Assembly: GCA_027078545.1 (NCBI GenBank) | Contig: JALWXN010000004.1 | Location: 1,078,611 to 1,142,610, forward strand | Origin: Nitrososphaeria archaeon | Lineage (GTDB): Archaea; Thermoproteota; Nitrososphaeria; Geothermarchaeales; JDFR-13 | Direction of reading: 5' to 3' | Length of the DNA: 64,000 nt | In this document: positions 30,590-40,053 of the stretch, in pieces | Numbering within the stretch: the first letter of the stretch is position 1 | Layout of the letters: the number at the start of each line of letters is the position of its first letter | The notes under the pieces: generated by a model | The model's database searches: none | Told to the model about the DNA's origin: nothing | What the model saw: the letters and a program-made list of their open reading frames with translations, nothing else | Position numbers and translations under genes: made by a program

Positions 30590-31779
30590 CTCCCAGGCCT
30601 ATCGAGGGATAGGATCGTGACATATGCATAGTGCCCAGTACCCCCGACGTTATGGGCTATGGCACGGCCCTTCTCTATCGGCGCCTGCCTATCCTTCTCA
30701 ACCCTCTGGAGCAGCTGGTTAGTCAGCTCGGCCACCATGCCCACACCGGTAGCCCCTATGGGGTGTCCCTTCGCCTTTAGGCCACCGCTCAGGTTTACCG
30801 GGATCTTCCCACCTATATAGGTCTCCCCATCCCTAAGCATCTTATGCCCCTCGCCGGGCTTGGCGAAGCGTAGATCCTCATACGCCATAACCTCAGCAAT
30901 TGTGAAGCAGTCATGGACCTCCGCCACGTCGAAGTATTTATACATCTCATACCCATCCAGGATCCCAGCCTGCATATATGCCTGCTCAGCAGCTAGTCGA
31001 GCTGCCCGTAGATATGTGAAGTCATCCCTCTTACTCAGGTTAGCCGTGTCGGAGGCATGCCCAATAGCCTCTATCCAGACAGGGGTGTCTGTAAGCTCCC
31101 TCGCTACCTCGCCACTAGCCAGTATAACCGCTGAGGAGCCATCGGTTATGGGGCTACAGTCGTATAGCTTTAGGGGCCACGCAATGTAGCGGGACGACAT
31201 ACACTTCTCCAGCGTAACCTCCTTCTGGAAATGGGCCTTAGGGTTCCTAGCACCGTAGTAATGGTTCTTCACAGCCGCTAGGCAGAGATCCTCCTCGGTA
31301 GCGCCATACCTATCCATATATGCAGTCGCGTAGAGGGCGTAGTAGCCGGGGAAGGTTAGTCCGAAGTTATGGAACTCCCAGAAATAGTTCCCAGCCCTAC
31401 CTATGAACTCCACCACCGTAGGGGTGGGCGACTCATTCATCTTCTCCAGGCCTATAGCCATCGCTATATCCACAGATCCCGACGCAACCATGTCATAGGC
31501 AAGCTTAACAGCAGCACTCCCAGATGCGCAGGCCGCCTCTACACGGGCCGTACCCTTAGGCGTCAAGCCGGAATACTCACCTATAACGACGGCTGGTAGG
31601 TACTCACTGCTCCAGCCACCCACGCTGCTAACGACGAAGTACTCGATATCCCTCTGCTCCAGCCCAGCATCATCGAGGGCCATCGAGATCGACTCCCAGG
31701 CCAGCTCCCCAATATTCACGTCGCTCCTGACGCCATACCTACTGTGCCCCACACCCACTATCGCGACGTCCCTAGCCAT
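30586..31779 (-). CDS. Archaeal-type thiolase (acetyl-CoA C-acyltransferase)
   Basis: EAACASG, EVHDCF, GGLKAKGHPIGATG, HNVGG. Confidence 0.93.
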   Translation of the reverse strand: MARDVAIVGVGHSRYGVRSDVNIGELAWESISMALDDAGLEQRDIEYFVVSSVGGWSSEYLPAVVIGEYSGLTPKGTARVEAACASGSAAVKLAYDMVASGSVDIAMAIGLEKMNESPTPTVVEFIGRAGNYFWEFHNFGLTFPGYYALYATAYMDRYGATEEDLCLAAVKNHYYGARNPKAHFQKEVTLEKCMSSRYIAWPLKLYDCSPITDGSSAVILASGEVARELTDTPVWIEAIGHASDTANLSKRDDFTYLRAARLAAEQAYMQAGILDGYEMYKYFDVAEVHDCFTIAEVMAYEDLRFAKPGEGHKMLRDGETYIGGKIPVNLSGGLKAKGHPIGATGVGMVAELTNQLLQRVEKDRQAPIEKGRAIAHNVGGTGHYAYVTILSLDRPGR

Positions 31780-31810
31780 AGAGCCACCTCCGTATAATAA
31801 TCAGCCCCCC

Positions 31811-31849
31811 TGAAATATCTTTCAAGGTATTGTCTAGAGAGTCTACACA
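31811..31849. promoter_or_regulatory. Two palindromes in the divergent thiolase/SCP2 promoter
   Basis: TGAAA-tatc-TTTCA (31811-31824) and TGTCTAGA-gag-TCTACACA (31831-31849, 7/8 arm match), next to TTTATAA. Confidence 0.35.
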
Positions 31850-31886
31850 GCCCTTTATAACGTGGAGAGGATGATTTCATAGGTGG

Positions 31887-32237
31887 TTGATCAAGATGGA
31901 CCTAGAGACAGCCCGCCAGAAGTTCATGGAGGTCTATAACAAGGCGCTGGAGAAGATTGGGGACGAGGTGAAGGGGTGGAACAAGGTCTTCCAGTTCGAG
32001 GTAGAGGGGCTACCAGAGTTCTACATAGAGTTTAGCAACGGCGAGGTGAGCATAGTAGAGGGGAGGCATGAGAGGCCACTAGCAACCCTCAAGATGAGCC
32101 AGGAGGTCTTCGAGAAGATACTGAACCTCGAGATGGACCCGATGAGGGCCTTCATGATGGGGAAGATGAAGATCACGGGGAATGTGATAGAGACGGCTAA
32201 CCTCAGGAAGATCTTCGACGTGGTTAGGAAGGGGTAG
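31887..32237 (+). CDS. SCP2 sterol/lipid carrier domain protein
   Basis: MDPMRAFMMGKMKITGN signature. Confidence 0.85.
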   Translation: MIKMDLETARQKFMEVYNKALEKIGDEVKGWNKVFQFEVEGLPEFYIEFSNGEVSIVEGRHERPLATLKMSQEVFEKILNLEMDPMRAFMMGKMKITGNVIETANLRKIFDVVRKG

Positions 32238-32319
32238 ACACCCCATCCATTCTTTATATAAAGCCTAAACCCATCTCCTTAAGCCCGATTAATAACGACT
32301 CATTGGGAATTCTTTTTTA

Positions 32320-34056
32320 ATGACAAGTGAGACCGCGCCCGACAAGGAGGTCTTCGAGAAGTACTACCTCTCGAAGCCCTGGCTCGAGAACTATGAGCCG
32401 GAGACCCCTAGGGAGATAGAGATCCCGGAGAAGCCGCTATACACCATCCTCGACGACAGCTACAACATAGCGAGGGACCATACAGCACTCATCTTCCTAG
32501 GTAGGAGGATAAGCTATGAGGAGCTCCACCAGATGAGCGAGAGGTTCGGCTACATACTCCAGAAGAGGTTCGGCGTGGAGAAGGGGGACAGGGTCGCGCT
32601 ATATCTGCCAAACACCCCCCAGTTCGTCATAGCCTACTACGGAGCCCTTAAGGCAGGGGCTACAGTCACACCGGCATCACCACTATACACGGGGGAGGAG
32701 CTTGCCAGACAGCTCAACGACAGCGGTGCAAAGGTACTGGTCGCTATAGACCTCTTCACCGATAACGTCGAGAAGGCCTTCAAGGACTCCGGGGTGGAGA
32801 AGGTCATATACACGGGGATAGACGACTACCTCCCCGGGCTAAAGGCATTCATATACCGGACATTCATGAAGAAGGTGAAGCCACCGATAGACAATAGGGA
32901 GAGGTTCCAGTTCAAGAAGCTCCTGGAGAGTGAGTCGGGGACAGTGGATAGGCCGGAGATCGAGCCCAAGGAGGACCTGGCCGCACTCATGTATACAGGT
33001 GGGACCACTGGGATACCCAAGGGGGCTATGCTGACCCACTACAACCTCTACTCAAACATCCTACAGATCGATGCATGGCTATTCAGGGGGAGGAAGAAGA
33101 GGGATATATTCGTGGGCCTCCTACCATGGTTCCACATATATGGCCAGACGGCCGTGATGAACTTCGGAATCTTTTCGGCGGGAACGATAATAGTCCTCCC
33201 CAGGCTAGACATCAAGGAGCTCCTCAAATCCATCGAGAAGTATAGGGCCAACGTATTCCACGGAGTCCCAACCCTCTATGCATACCTCATCAACTATAAA
33301 GACATCAAGAAGTACGACCTGACAAGCATAGAGGCATGTATAAGCGGTGCAGCACCACTACCAGTATCAGTGGCGGAGAAGTTCGAGGAGATAACCGGGG
33401 GTAAGCTGAGGGAGGGATACGGGCTCACCGAGACCAGCCCAGTCACCCATGTAAACCCGATATATGGGAAGTATAAGTTCGGCTCGATAGGCCTACCAGT
33501 ACCCAACACGATAGCTGCTATAGCGGATCCCGAGAAGGACGAGTTCCTACCACCCGGGGAGGTGGGCGAGCTAGTAGTCACCGGCCCACAGGTGATGAAG
33601 GGCTACTACAAGAGGGATGATGAGAACCAGAAGGTCTTCTTCGAGAAGTATGGCTATAGATGGTTCAGGACAGGCGACATGGCAAAGATGGATGAGGAGG
33701 GATACTTCTACATAGTCGATAGGAAGAAGGACCTGATCAAGTATAAGGGATACAGCGTCTTCCCAAGGGAGGTCGAGGAGGTACTATATAGGCATGAGGC
33801 GGTGAAGGAGGCCGCCGTGATAGGCGTTCCACACCCAGAGTATGGGGAGCTGGTGAAGGCATTCATAGTCCTGAAGGATGAGTATAAGGGGAAGGTGACC
33901 GCCGAGGACATCATAAACTATGCTAAACAGTACCTAGCACCCTACAAGGTGCCGAAGGAGATAGAGTTTAGGGACGATCTACCCAAGAGCGCCGTGGGGA
34001 AGGTCCTGAGGAGGGTCCTCCGCGAGGAGGAGATGAGGAAGAGGGGACAGGCCTAG
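32320..34056 (+). CDS. fadD: Long-chain fatty acid-CoA ligase
   Basis: YTGGTTGIPKG, EGYGLTE, RTGD, LPKSAVGK. Confidence 0.92.
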   Translation: MTSETAPDKEVFEKYYLSKPWLENYEPETPREIEIPEKPLYTILDDSYNIARDHTALIFLGRRISYEELHQMSERFGYILQKRFGVEKGDRVALYLPNTPQFVIAYYGALKAGATVTPASPLYTGEELARQLNDSGAKVLVAIDLFTDNVEKAFKDSGVEKVIYTGIDDYLPGLKAFIYRTFMKKVKPPIDNRERFQFKKLLESESGTVDRPEIEPKEDLAALMYTGGTTGIPKGAMLTHYNLYSNILQIDAWLFRGRKKRDIFVGLLPWFHIYGQTAVMNFGIFSAGTIIVLPRLDIKELLKSIEKYRANVFHGVPTLYAYLINYKDIKKYDLTSIEACISGAAPLPVSVAEKFEEITGGKLREGYGLTETSPVTHVNPIYGKYKFGSIGLPVPNTIAAIADPEKDEFLPPGEVGELVVTGPQVMKGYYKRDDENQKVFFEKYGYRWFRTGDMAKMDEEGYFYIVDRKKDLIKYKGYSVFPREVEEVLYRHEAVKEAAVIGVPHPEYGELVKAFIVLKDEYKGKVTAEDIINYAKQYLAPYKVPKEIEFRDDLPKSAVGKVLRRVLREEEMRKRGQA

Positions 34057-34142
34057 GCCTAAACCACCCCCACTTTATATACCTCCTACCATTATAGGCA
34101 TAGACAACCCCCTCATTCCAGGGGAGCAGGAGGACATACTAG

Positions 34143-35078
34143 ATGAGGATAGACCTGGGGATAGCGGTCCTACTACTCATCCTAGCCAGCATATCCATAC
34201 CACTCGGCCCCAGGCTCGATGGATGGTGCTACCAGCTACAGGGCTTCGAGCCGGGAGACCTACCCCCGGGATGCAGCGTACTAGTGATAGACTACTCTAG
34301 GGACGGAACCGACCAGGGGATGTACAGCGGCGAGGAGATAGGGAGGCTGGTGGAGGAGGGGGTCGAGGTATATGTATACCTGAGTATAGGGGAGGCGGAG
34401 GACTACCGCTTCTACTGGATGGATGAGTGGAGCACAGACCCACCGCCATGGCTCGACGAGGAGAACCCGGAGTGGCCTGGTAACTACCTAGTGAAGTACT
34501 GGATGCAGGGATGGAGAGAGATCCTCGACCAGTACATATCCAGGATAGTATCCCAAGGCTTCACCGGCGTATACCTAGACAAGGTGGACAGCTACTACAC
34601 ATGGAGCCTCAAGGGCTATGACGTAAACTGGACAGCCCGGGAGATGGCGAGCCTCATAACATGGATACGAGGCAGGCTCCCAAGCCACATGAAGATCATA
34701 CCCCAGAACGGGGTCGACATACTCCTATACATGCCAGACCTGATAGACATTGTAGACGGCTGGGGCCTGGAAGACCTCTTCTACAACGGGCCTGAGCAGC
34801 AAGACCCTGGAGACACGGCCTGGAGGATGAGGTTCGTGGAGGAGCTCCTAGAGGCTGATAAGGATATCTACATAGTCGAGTATCTATATAGTGGGGAGCT
34901 TACAAGGGAGATAGTAGCCCTCCATATAGAGGCCCGGCTGAGGGGGCTACACCCATACGTGGCCCACCAGGACAGGGCCCTAGACGAGATAATAGTTATC
35001 CCCGGGATACAGCCCGAGACCGATCCATACAGCCTGATACATACCGCTATAAAGGCCCTCGGGTGGTGGAATGGGTGA
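34143..35078 (+). CDS. MJ1477/TM1410-type (GH114-like) secreted glycoside hydrolase
   Basis: Signal peptide, VIDYSRDG, YLSIGEAEDYRFYW, GFTGVYLD, PQNG. Confidence 0.82.
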   Translation: MRIDLGIAVLLLILASISIPLGPRLDGWCYQLQGFEPGDLPPGCSVLVIDYSRDGTDQGMYSGEEIGRLVEEGVEVYVYLSIGEAEDYRFYWMDEWSTDPPPWLDEENPEWPGNYLVKYWMQGWREILDQYISRIVSQGFTGVYLDKVDSYYTWSLKGYDVNWTAREMASLITWIRGRLPSHMKIIPQNGVDILLYMPDLIDIVDGWGLEDLFYNGPEQQDPGDTAWRMRFVEELLEADKDIYIVEYLYSGELTREIVALHIEARLRGLHPYVAHQDRALDEIIVIPGIQPETDPYSLIHTAIKALGWWNG

Positions 35079-36801
35079 GAAATACATAGTCGTAGCTGAG
35101 AAGCCATCAGTCGCGAGGGAGCTCCGCAGATTCTTCAAATATATGAAGATAGACGCCCTCACAACATCTACCAGGGGCCACATCTACAACCTAGACTTCC
35201 CAAGCGACATGGGCTGGGGAAAGGTAGAGCCCAAAGAACTCTTCGAACGATACGACAGGATAGTCTATAAGGTGGTAGACAAGAAGACATACTACAACCT
35301 TAAGAAGCTATTCAGGACCGAGAGGAGGAGGATACTGGTCATAGCAACGGACAACGACTCGGAGGGAGAGCTGATAGGCTACGAGATCCTCCGGATATAT
35401 GAAGAGGTGAATGGCAGGCCAGAGAAGTACTACAGGATGAGGTTCAACAGCCTAGACTACAAGGAGCTACGCAGAGCCTGGCTCAAGAAGGAGAGAAGCC
35501 TAAACTGGAGATGGGTCTACAAGGCCCTATTCAGGACATACTTCGACCTCATAACGGGGGCGGCCTTCACACGGATACTCACATACAGCGTGGGGAGGAG
35601 GGGGAACCCCATATCCTGGGGGAGCTGCCAGACACCCACGCTATACTTCGTCGTCGAGAGGGAGAGGCAGAGGAAGGCCTTCAAGAGGGAGAAGTACTAC
35701 TACATAGCCGTGGAGGTGGAGAAGAACGGTGTAAGGGTAACCCTAACCAGCCAACACTTCAAGAAGCAGAGGGAGGCGGAGTACCTAGCCAAGGAGATTG
35801 GGGAGGCGGGCTACATAACAGTCACGAAGTATAGCAAGGAGAGGTTCGGGGAGAGGAGGCCCCTACCCATAGCAACGGACTACCTATTGAGAGACCTTAC
35901 GAGGATCATGAAGATCGACGCGGCGGAGATACTCTCCATAGCGGAGGACCTATACAGCAGGGGATACATATCCTACCCTAGGACGGAGACGGATAGATAC
36001 CCAGCCACATTCGACCACAGCCAGCCATACAAGGCAGTAGCCGAGTCGGAGATAGGCGGGATAGTGGTCTACACCAAGGGATGGCCAAACCCAAAGCCGA
36101 ACCCTAGGCAGGGTAGGAAGGACGACAAGGCCCACCCCCCGATATACCCGGTCAAGCCCTACCCCCGGGACGGTAGTAAGCACTGGACGGTATGGGAATA
36201 TGTCGCGAGGAGATACCTGGCAAACGCCTATGGAGACGATGCCTTCGGCTTCAAACAGTCGGTAGAAGCGGTGTATGGAGACGTGGTATTCACCGGCCAC
36301 GGGAGATACTACGCCTACGAAGGGTTCCACAAGATCTTCCCATACTTCAGGGCGAGGGACAACCCGCTCCCAGAGTTCCAGGTGGGTGAGCGTCTAAAGG
36401 TGCTTAACATAGAGGTGAGGACAGGTAGGACCGAGCCACCCCCACGCCTATCAGAGGCAGACCTACTAAAGATGATGGAGGACCACGGGATAGGTACCGA
36501 CGCCACCAGAGCAATGTATCCGAGGATCATCGTGAAGAGGAGGTATGCATCCAAGAGGGGAGGGCGCTTCACACCCTCGAAGCTAGGTATGAGGTTTATA
36601 GAGTTCCTAGAGGAGATCGATAAGAGGCTGGTAACACCGGAGACGAGGAGATACGTGGAGGAGATGATGCGGCGGATAGAGGAGGGCGAACTATCGATGG
36701 AGCAGGCCCTAGAAAAATCCCTAGAGATCTATAGATCACTATTCGACAAACTGGTGGAGCACAAGGAGGAGATCGATGGACTGGCTGGCGATAAGGGATA
36801 A
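35071..36801 (+). CDS. topA: Type IA DNA topoisomerase (Topo III-like), no C-terminal zinc ribbons
   Basis: AEKPS, ATDNDSEGELIG, SWGSCQTPTL, ISYPRTET (catalytic Tyr), HPPI, GIGTDAT. Confidence 0.92.
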   Translation: MGEKYIVVAEKPSVARELRRFFKYMKIDALTTSTRGHIYNLDFPSDMGWGKVEPKELFERYDRIVYKVVDKKTYYNLKKLFRTERRRILVIATDNDSEGELIGYEILRIYEEVNGRPEKYYRMRFNSLDYKELRRAWLKKERSLNWRWVYKALFRTYFDLITGAAFTRILTYSVGRRGNPISWGSCQTPTLYFVVERERQRKAFKREKYYYIAVEVEKNGVRVTLTSQHFKKQREAEYLAKEIGEAGYITVTKYSKERFGERRPLPIATDYLLRDLTRIMKIDAAEILSIAEDLYSRGYISYPRTETDRYPATFDHSQPYKAVAESEIGGIVVYTKGWPNPKPNPRQGRKDDKAHPPIYPVKPYPRDGSKHWTVWEYVARRYLANAYGDDAFGFKQSVEAVYGDVVFTGHGRYYAYEGFHKIFPYFRARDNPLPEFQVGERLKVLNIEVRTGRTEPPPRLSEADLLKMMEDHGIGTDATRAMYPRIIVKRRYASKRGGRFTPSKLGMRFIEFLEEIDKRLVTPETRRYVEEMMRRIEEGELSMEQALEKSLEIYRSLFDKLVEHKEEIDGLAGDKG

Positions 36802-36807
36802 TCAAGG

Positions 36808-37587
36808 CTAGACACAACCCCCCGACCCACCACCATAGAGCTCCTCGAATAGAGAGTGGCTAACTATCCTCCTAACCCTATACCCATCCCTAAGGAGACT
36901 ATTCAGAGCCTCTACAGAGTCTAGGCTAAGAAGGCCATCAGGACCCTCTACCTCCACAGTCAGGCCGGGCCTATAATCCCTGATACACCTCACAACCCGG
37001 CCATCAACAAGGAAGACCACATCCCTAGGGCGGAGGTTAGCCGCCTCATGGGTAGAAACCACGATAGTCTTCTCCCTACCCTCCCTATTCAACAGCTCCC
37101 CCACGAGGAGCTTACTCGGATAGTCCAGCGATGAGAAGGGCTCGTCGATAAGGTATAGATCGGCAGGCTTAGCTAGACAGGAGAGCAGTATAAACTTCCT
37201 CCTATTACCACTCGACAACATGGAGTAGCTATGCCCCAAGTAGCCATCGAGACCCAGCTCCTCCGCAAGCCTATACCCCTCATCACCCAGATACTCAACC
37301 ACATCCCGAAGAACAGTATGGGGTGGGAACTGTGTATTCTCAAGGCAGAAGGACACCCGCCTCAACACCTCCCGAGAATCACGTATAGGATCCATCCCGA
37401 GAACCCTGACCACCCCCCTAAGAGGCTTAAGGACACCCGTCAATAGATGTATAAGCGTAGTCTTACCACTCCCATTGGGCCCAACAAGTAGGGTAAGCCC
37501 ACTACGTAGATACAGCCACTCGATACTAAGGATGAACCTCCGCCTATACTCAAAGACTAGCCCCTTGATCTCGACAACCCTCTCCAT
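36808..37587 (-). CDS. ABC exporter ATPase
   Basis: GPNGSGKTT, LSSGN, LIDEP, STH. Confidence 0.85.
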   Translation of the reverse strand: MERVVEIKGLVFEYRRRFILSIEWLYLRSGLTLLVGPNGSGKTTLIHLLTGVLKPLRGVVRVLGMDPIRDSREVLRRVSFCLENTQFPPHTVLRDVVEYLGDEGYRLAEELGLDGYLGHSYSMLSSGNRRKFILLSCLAKPADLYLIDEPFSSLDYPSKLLVGELLNREGREKTIVVSTHEAANLRPRDVVFLVDGRVVRCIRDYRPGLTVEVEGPDGLLSLDSVEALNSLLRDGYRVRRIVSHSLFEELYGGGSGGCV

Positions 37588-38045
37588 CCACCCACACCCA
37601 ACAATGAAAGGAGAAGGCCCAGGACGATGAAGACCAGGATATATAGGGACACATCACCATCTATACGCTCAATACCAACCCTGAGACGCTCCCCAGGATC
37701 CAGCAGAGCAGATACCCTATAGAAGTATCCGCTGAGGAAAACCTCCCCTAAGCCATCGACCACGAAGAACTCCCGATCATCATAGATATACACCTCCCCA
37801 TCCCCATACACACTTACCAGATAGTTACCCGGGAAGACAGGGATCCCTATCGACACCATCAAGTATATATTCTCCCTATTAGGGAGAGGATCGAAACCCG
37901 GGACGAGGCCGATAGTCGTATCCACAGCACTTCTATAGACCCCGCTGAGGACCCTAGCCCCCTGCTCCGTATACAGCGTGGTGAGTAGTAGTATACCCAC
38001 CAGCAGAATGGCAAGCCCAATAGATAGGGTTGTGAAACTCCTCAT
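37557..38045 (-). CDS. Hypothetical membrane protein (N- and C-terminal TM helices)
   Basis: Overlaps both neighbours; two hydrophobic segments. Confidence 0.55.
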   Translation of the reverse strand: MRSFTTLSIGLAILLVGILLLTTLYTEQGARVLSGVYRSAVDTTIGLVPGFDPLPNRENIYLMVSIGIPVFPGNYLVSVYGDGEVYIYDDREFFVVDGLGEVFLSGYFYRVSALLDPGERLRVGIERIDGDVSLYILVFIVLGLLLSLLGVGGWRGLSRSRG

Positions 38046-38866
38046 AACGACCGCCCCCGAACAAAGAGGTAGAACCCAATAAGACCAAGCAATAGGTAGA
38101 AGAGGAGTGAGAGGACAACATCCTCTATAGACACTAGCTCGGCATACTCCTCGATAAGGCTGTAGAGGAGGAGGGTATCCGGGCTAAGTAGGGAGAGGGG
38201 ATTCTCCGGGTCTAGAGGCTTTATCAATGTGAAGGGTAGTATGGAGAGCATGGAGATCTCGACACTCCTCGTCACCATGCCCAGGAATAGGCCCAGCAGG
38301 TGATAAGCGATATAGCCTATAGACATTGCTAGGTAGATGTATAGGAGGATTGGGAGGAACGGTGTACCAGCCCTCACATGGTAGACCCCGATCCCCGCAA
38401 CAATGATGGTTATCAGGGCCAGTGCATAGAGGATGGAGGCAGCCATATGTAGAAGCAGAAGCCTACCCCTGGAATATCCGGAGAGGTTCATCAACATGGT
38501 GTAGTGACCCCTGAAAACAGGGTCGTAAACAAAGATATAGGAGATAAGGACCCACATGAAACCGAGGAGTATGAAGACATCGCTATACACGAGATAGGCT
38601 ACCCCAGGAGCCACCCTCTCGAGGAGGATAGACCCATTCACAGCCTCTGAAAGACCCCTACTCAGAGTATCCAGATCCCGTATACTAAGGTTCGCCAGAA
38701 CCTCCTCGAAAACCACGCTAGAACCACCAGTCCTATAACCCCTATAGAACATGTCCAACCTATCGAAGAAACCGTTAACCATCATCAACACTACGAGTGG
38801 GACGAGGAGAACCACTATATAGACGAGATACCTATGAGCTCTAAACTGAAGCTCCACAGTCTTCAT
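38042..38866 (-). CDS. ABC-2-type permease-like membrane protein
   Basis: About 6 TM segments, GYSRGRLLL loop, 4-nt overlaps, cognate ATPase downstream. Confidence 0.65.
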   Translation of the reverse strand: MKTVELQFRAHRYLVYIVVLLVPLVVLMMVNGFFDRLDMFYRGYRTGGSSVVFEEVLANLSIRDLDTLSRGLSEAVNGSILLERVAPGVAYLVYSDVFILLGFMWVLISYIFVYDPVFRGHYTMLMNLSGYSRGRLLLLHMAASILYALALITIIVAGIGVYHVRAGTPFLPILLYIYLAMSIGYIAYHLLGLFLGMVTRSVEISMLSILPFTLIKPLDPENPLSLLSPDTLLLYSLIEEYAELVSIEDVVLSLLFYLLLGLIGFYLFVRGRSL

Positions 38867-39759
38867 AATCCCACCCTCCTAACCATGACCACCAGTGCAA
38901 CGATAGCAGCGAGAAGGATTAGAAATAGAACCCCCTCCATAGACAGCTGTGTGGATGCACACCTCTCGATACAGACCGGCTGACCCAGTATGAAGTCCCT
39001 ATACCTACTCACATACTCATTGGAAATCCCCATGGACAGCGACAGGTATCTCAGTGGGGGAAGATCCATCCCGAGAACCCCTGACACATGGGAAATAAGC
39101 ATACTATACGACTCATAGGGAAGAACGTTGGCCGGCAACAAGACATCCACCTTAAGAGCCAACCTACCCCTAACCTCCGCCTTGTAAAACGCTAGTTTAG
39201 AGGCTGTGTTAAACCCTAGATCATCTACTCCAAGATGGGAGACCGCTAGGCCTTCCTTAACCTGGAGCGGTATAGCCTCGAACCCCATATAACCCACCAT
39301 CTTAACAGGCTTATCGGGATATGCCACCGCATATCCGAGATATTCCAGTCTGGATACCCCATCCAACAGATAGTCGAAGGTTACTGGTATGTCGAAATAG
39401 AATGGGCTGAAGCCTAGGAGCTCATCCCCAGTATAGATATGGTTCTTATAGAGTAGAAGTGAGAACCATAGATCCTTCCCCAGCCCCAGCCCAATTATCC
39501 TGATAGTAAGGTTATGGACATCATTTGGAAGTTTAGAGACCTCCACCACAACTGTCGAGGCTTCGGGAGCCTCGAGGGAATAGAGTACCAACCCGCCATC
39601 AACACCCTCAAAGACCAGGCCAACATCACTAAGAAGAGAATACTCAATGGTAAGAACCCCACCATCCCCATCCACTGAAAAAGGATGGATACCAATAGGC
39701 GGCAAAACCAGGGCTATACCTACTATGACGAACCACATTTTTAGATGAATATACAACAC
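38863..39759 (-). CDS. Hypothetical secreted/membrane-anchored protein
   Basis: Hydrophobic N-terminus and C-terminal TM; 4-nt overlap with the permease. Confidence 0.55.
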   Translation of the reverse strand: MLYIHLKMWFVIVGIALVLPPIGIHPFSVDGDGGVLTIEYSLLSDVGLVFEGVDGGLVLYSLEAPEASTVVVEVSKLPNDVHNLTIRIIGLGLGKDLWFSLLLYKNHIYTGDELLGFSPFYFDIPVTFDYLLDGVSRLEYLGYAVAYPDKPVKMVGYMGFEAIPLQVKEGLAVSHLGVDDLGFNTASKLAFYKAEVRGRLALKVDVLLPANVLPYESYSMLISHVSGVLGMDLPPLRYLSLSMGISNEYVSRYRDFILGQPVCIERCASTQLSMEGVLFLILLAAIVALVVMVRRVGL

Positions 39760-40053
39760 GACCCCCTCTCCACGGTCCCAGTTAAAGGGACGTTGCGAAT
39801 AGATACGGCCCCTCCATTGCCTGGGCCAAACCTTTGCAACGCATGAACCAGACAGGAATATAAGGTGCTAAATACGATCCTATACATCCATAGCCTTGGA
39901 GGTGGATTATCCATCAACATTATAAATATTAATCAAGCCAAGTTGTAAAAAATATTTCCCAATACATTCTAGTGAAATACTAGGCATCAACCTTATCGTA
40001 GGTAAAACACTACCAAGGGGATAAAAAAGTTGGGAAGCCTTGAGATAGCCGAG

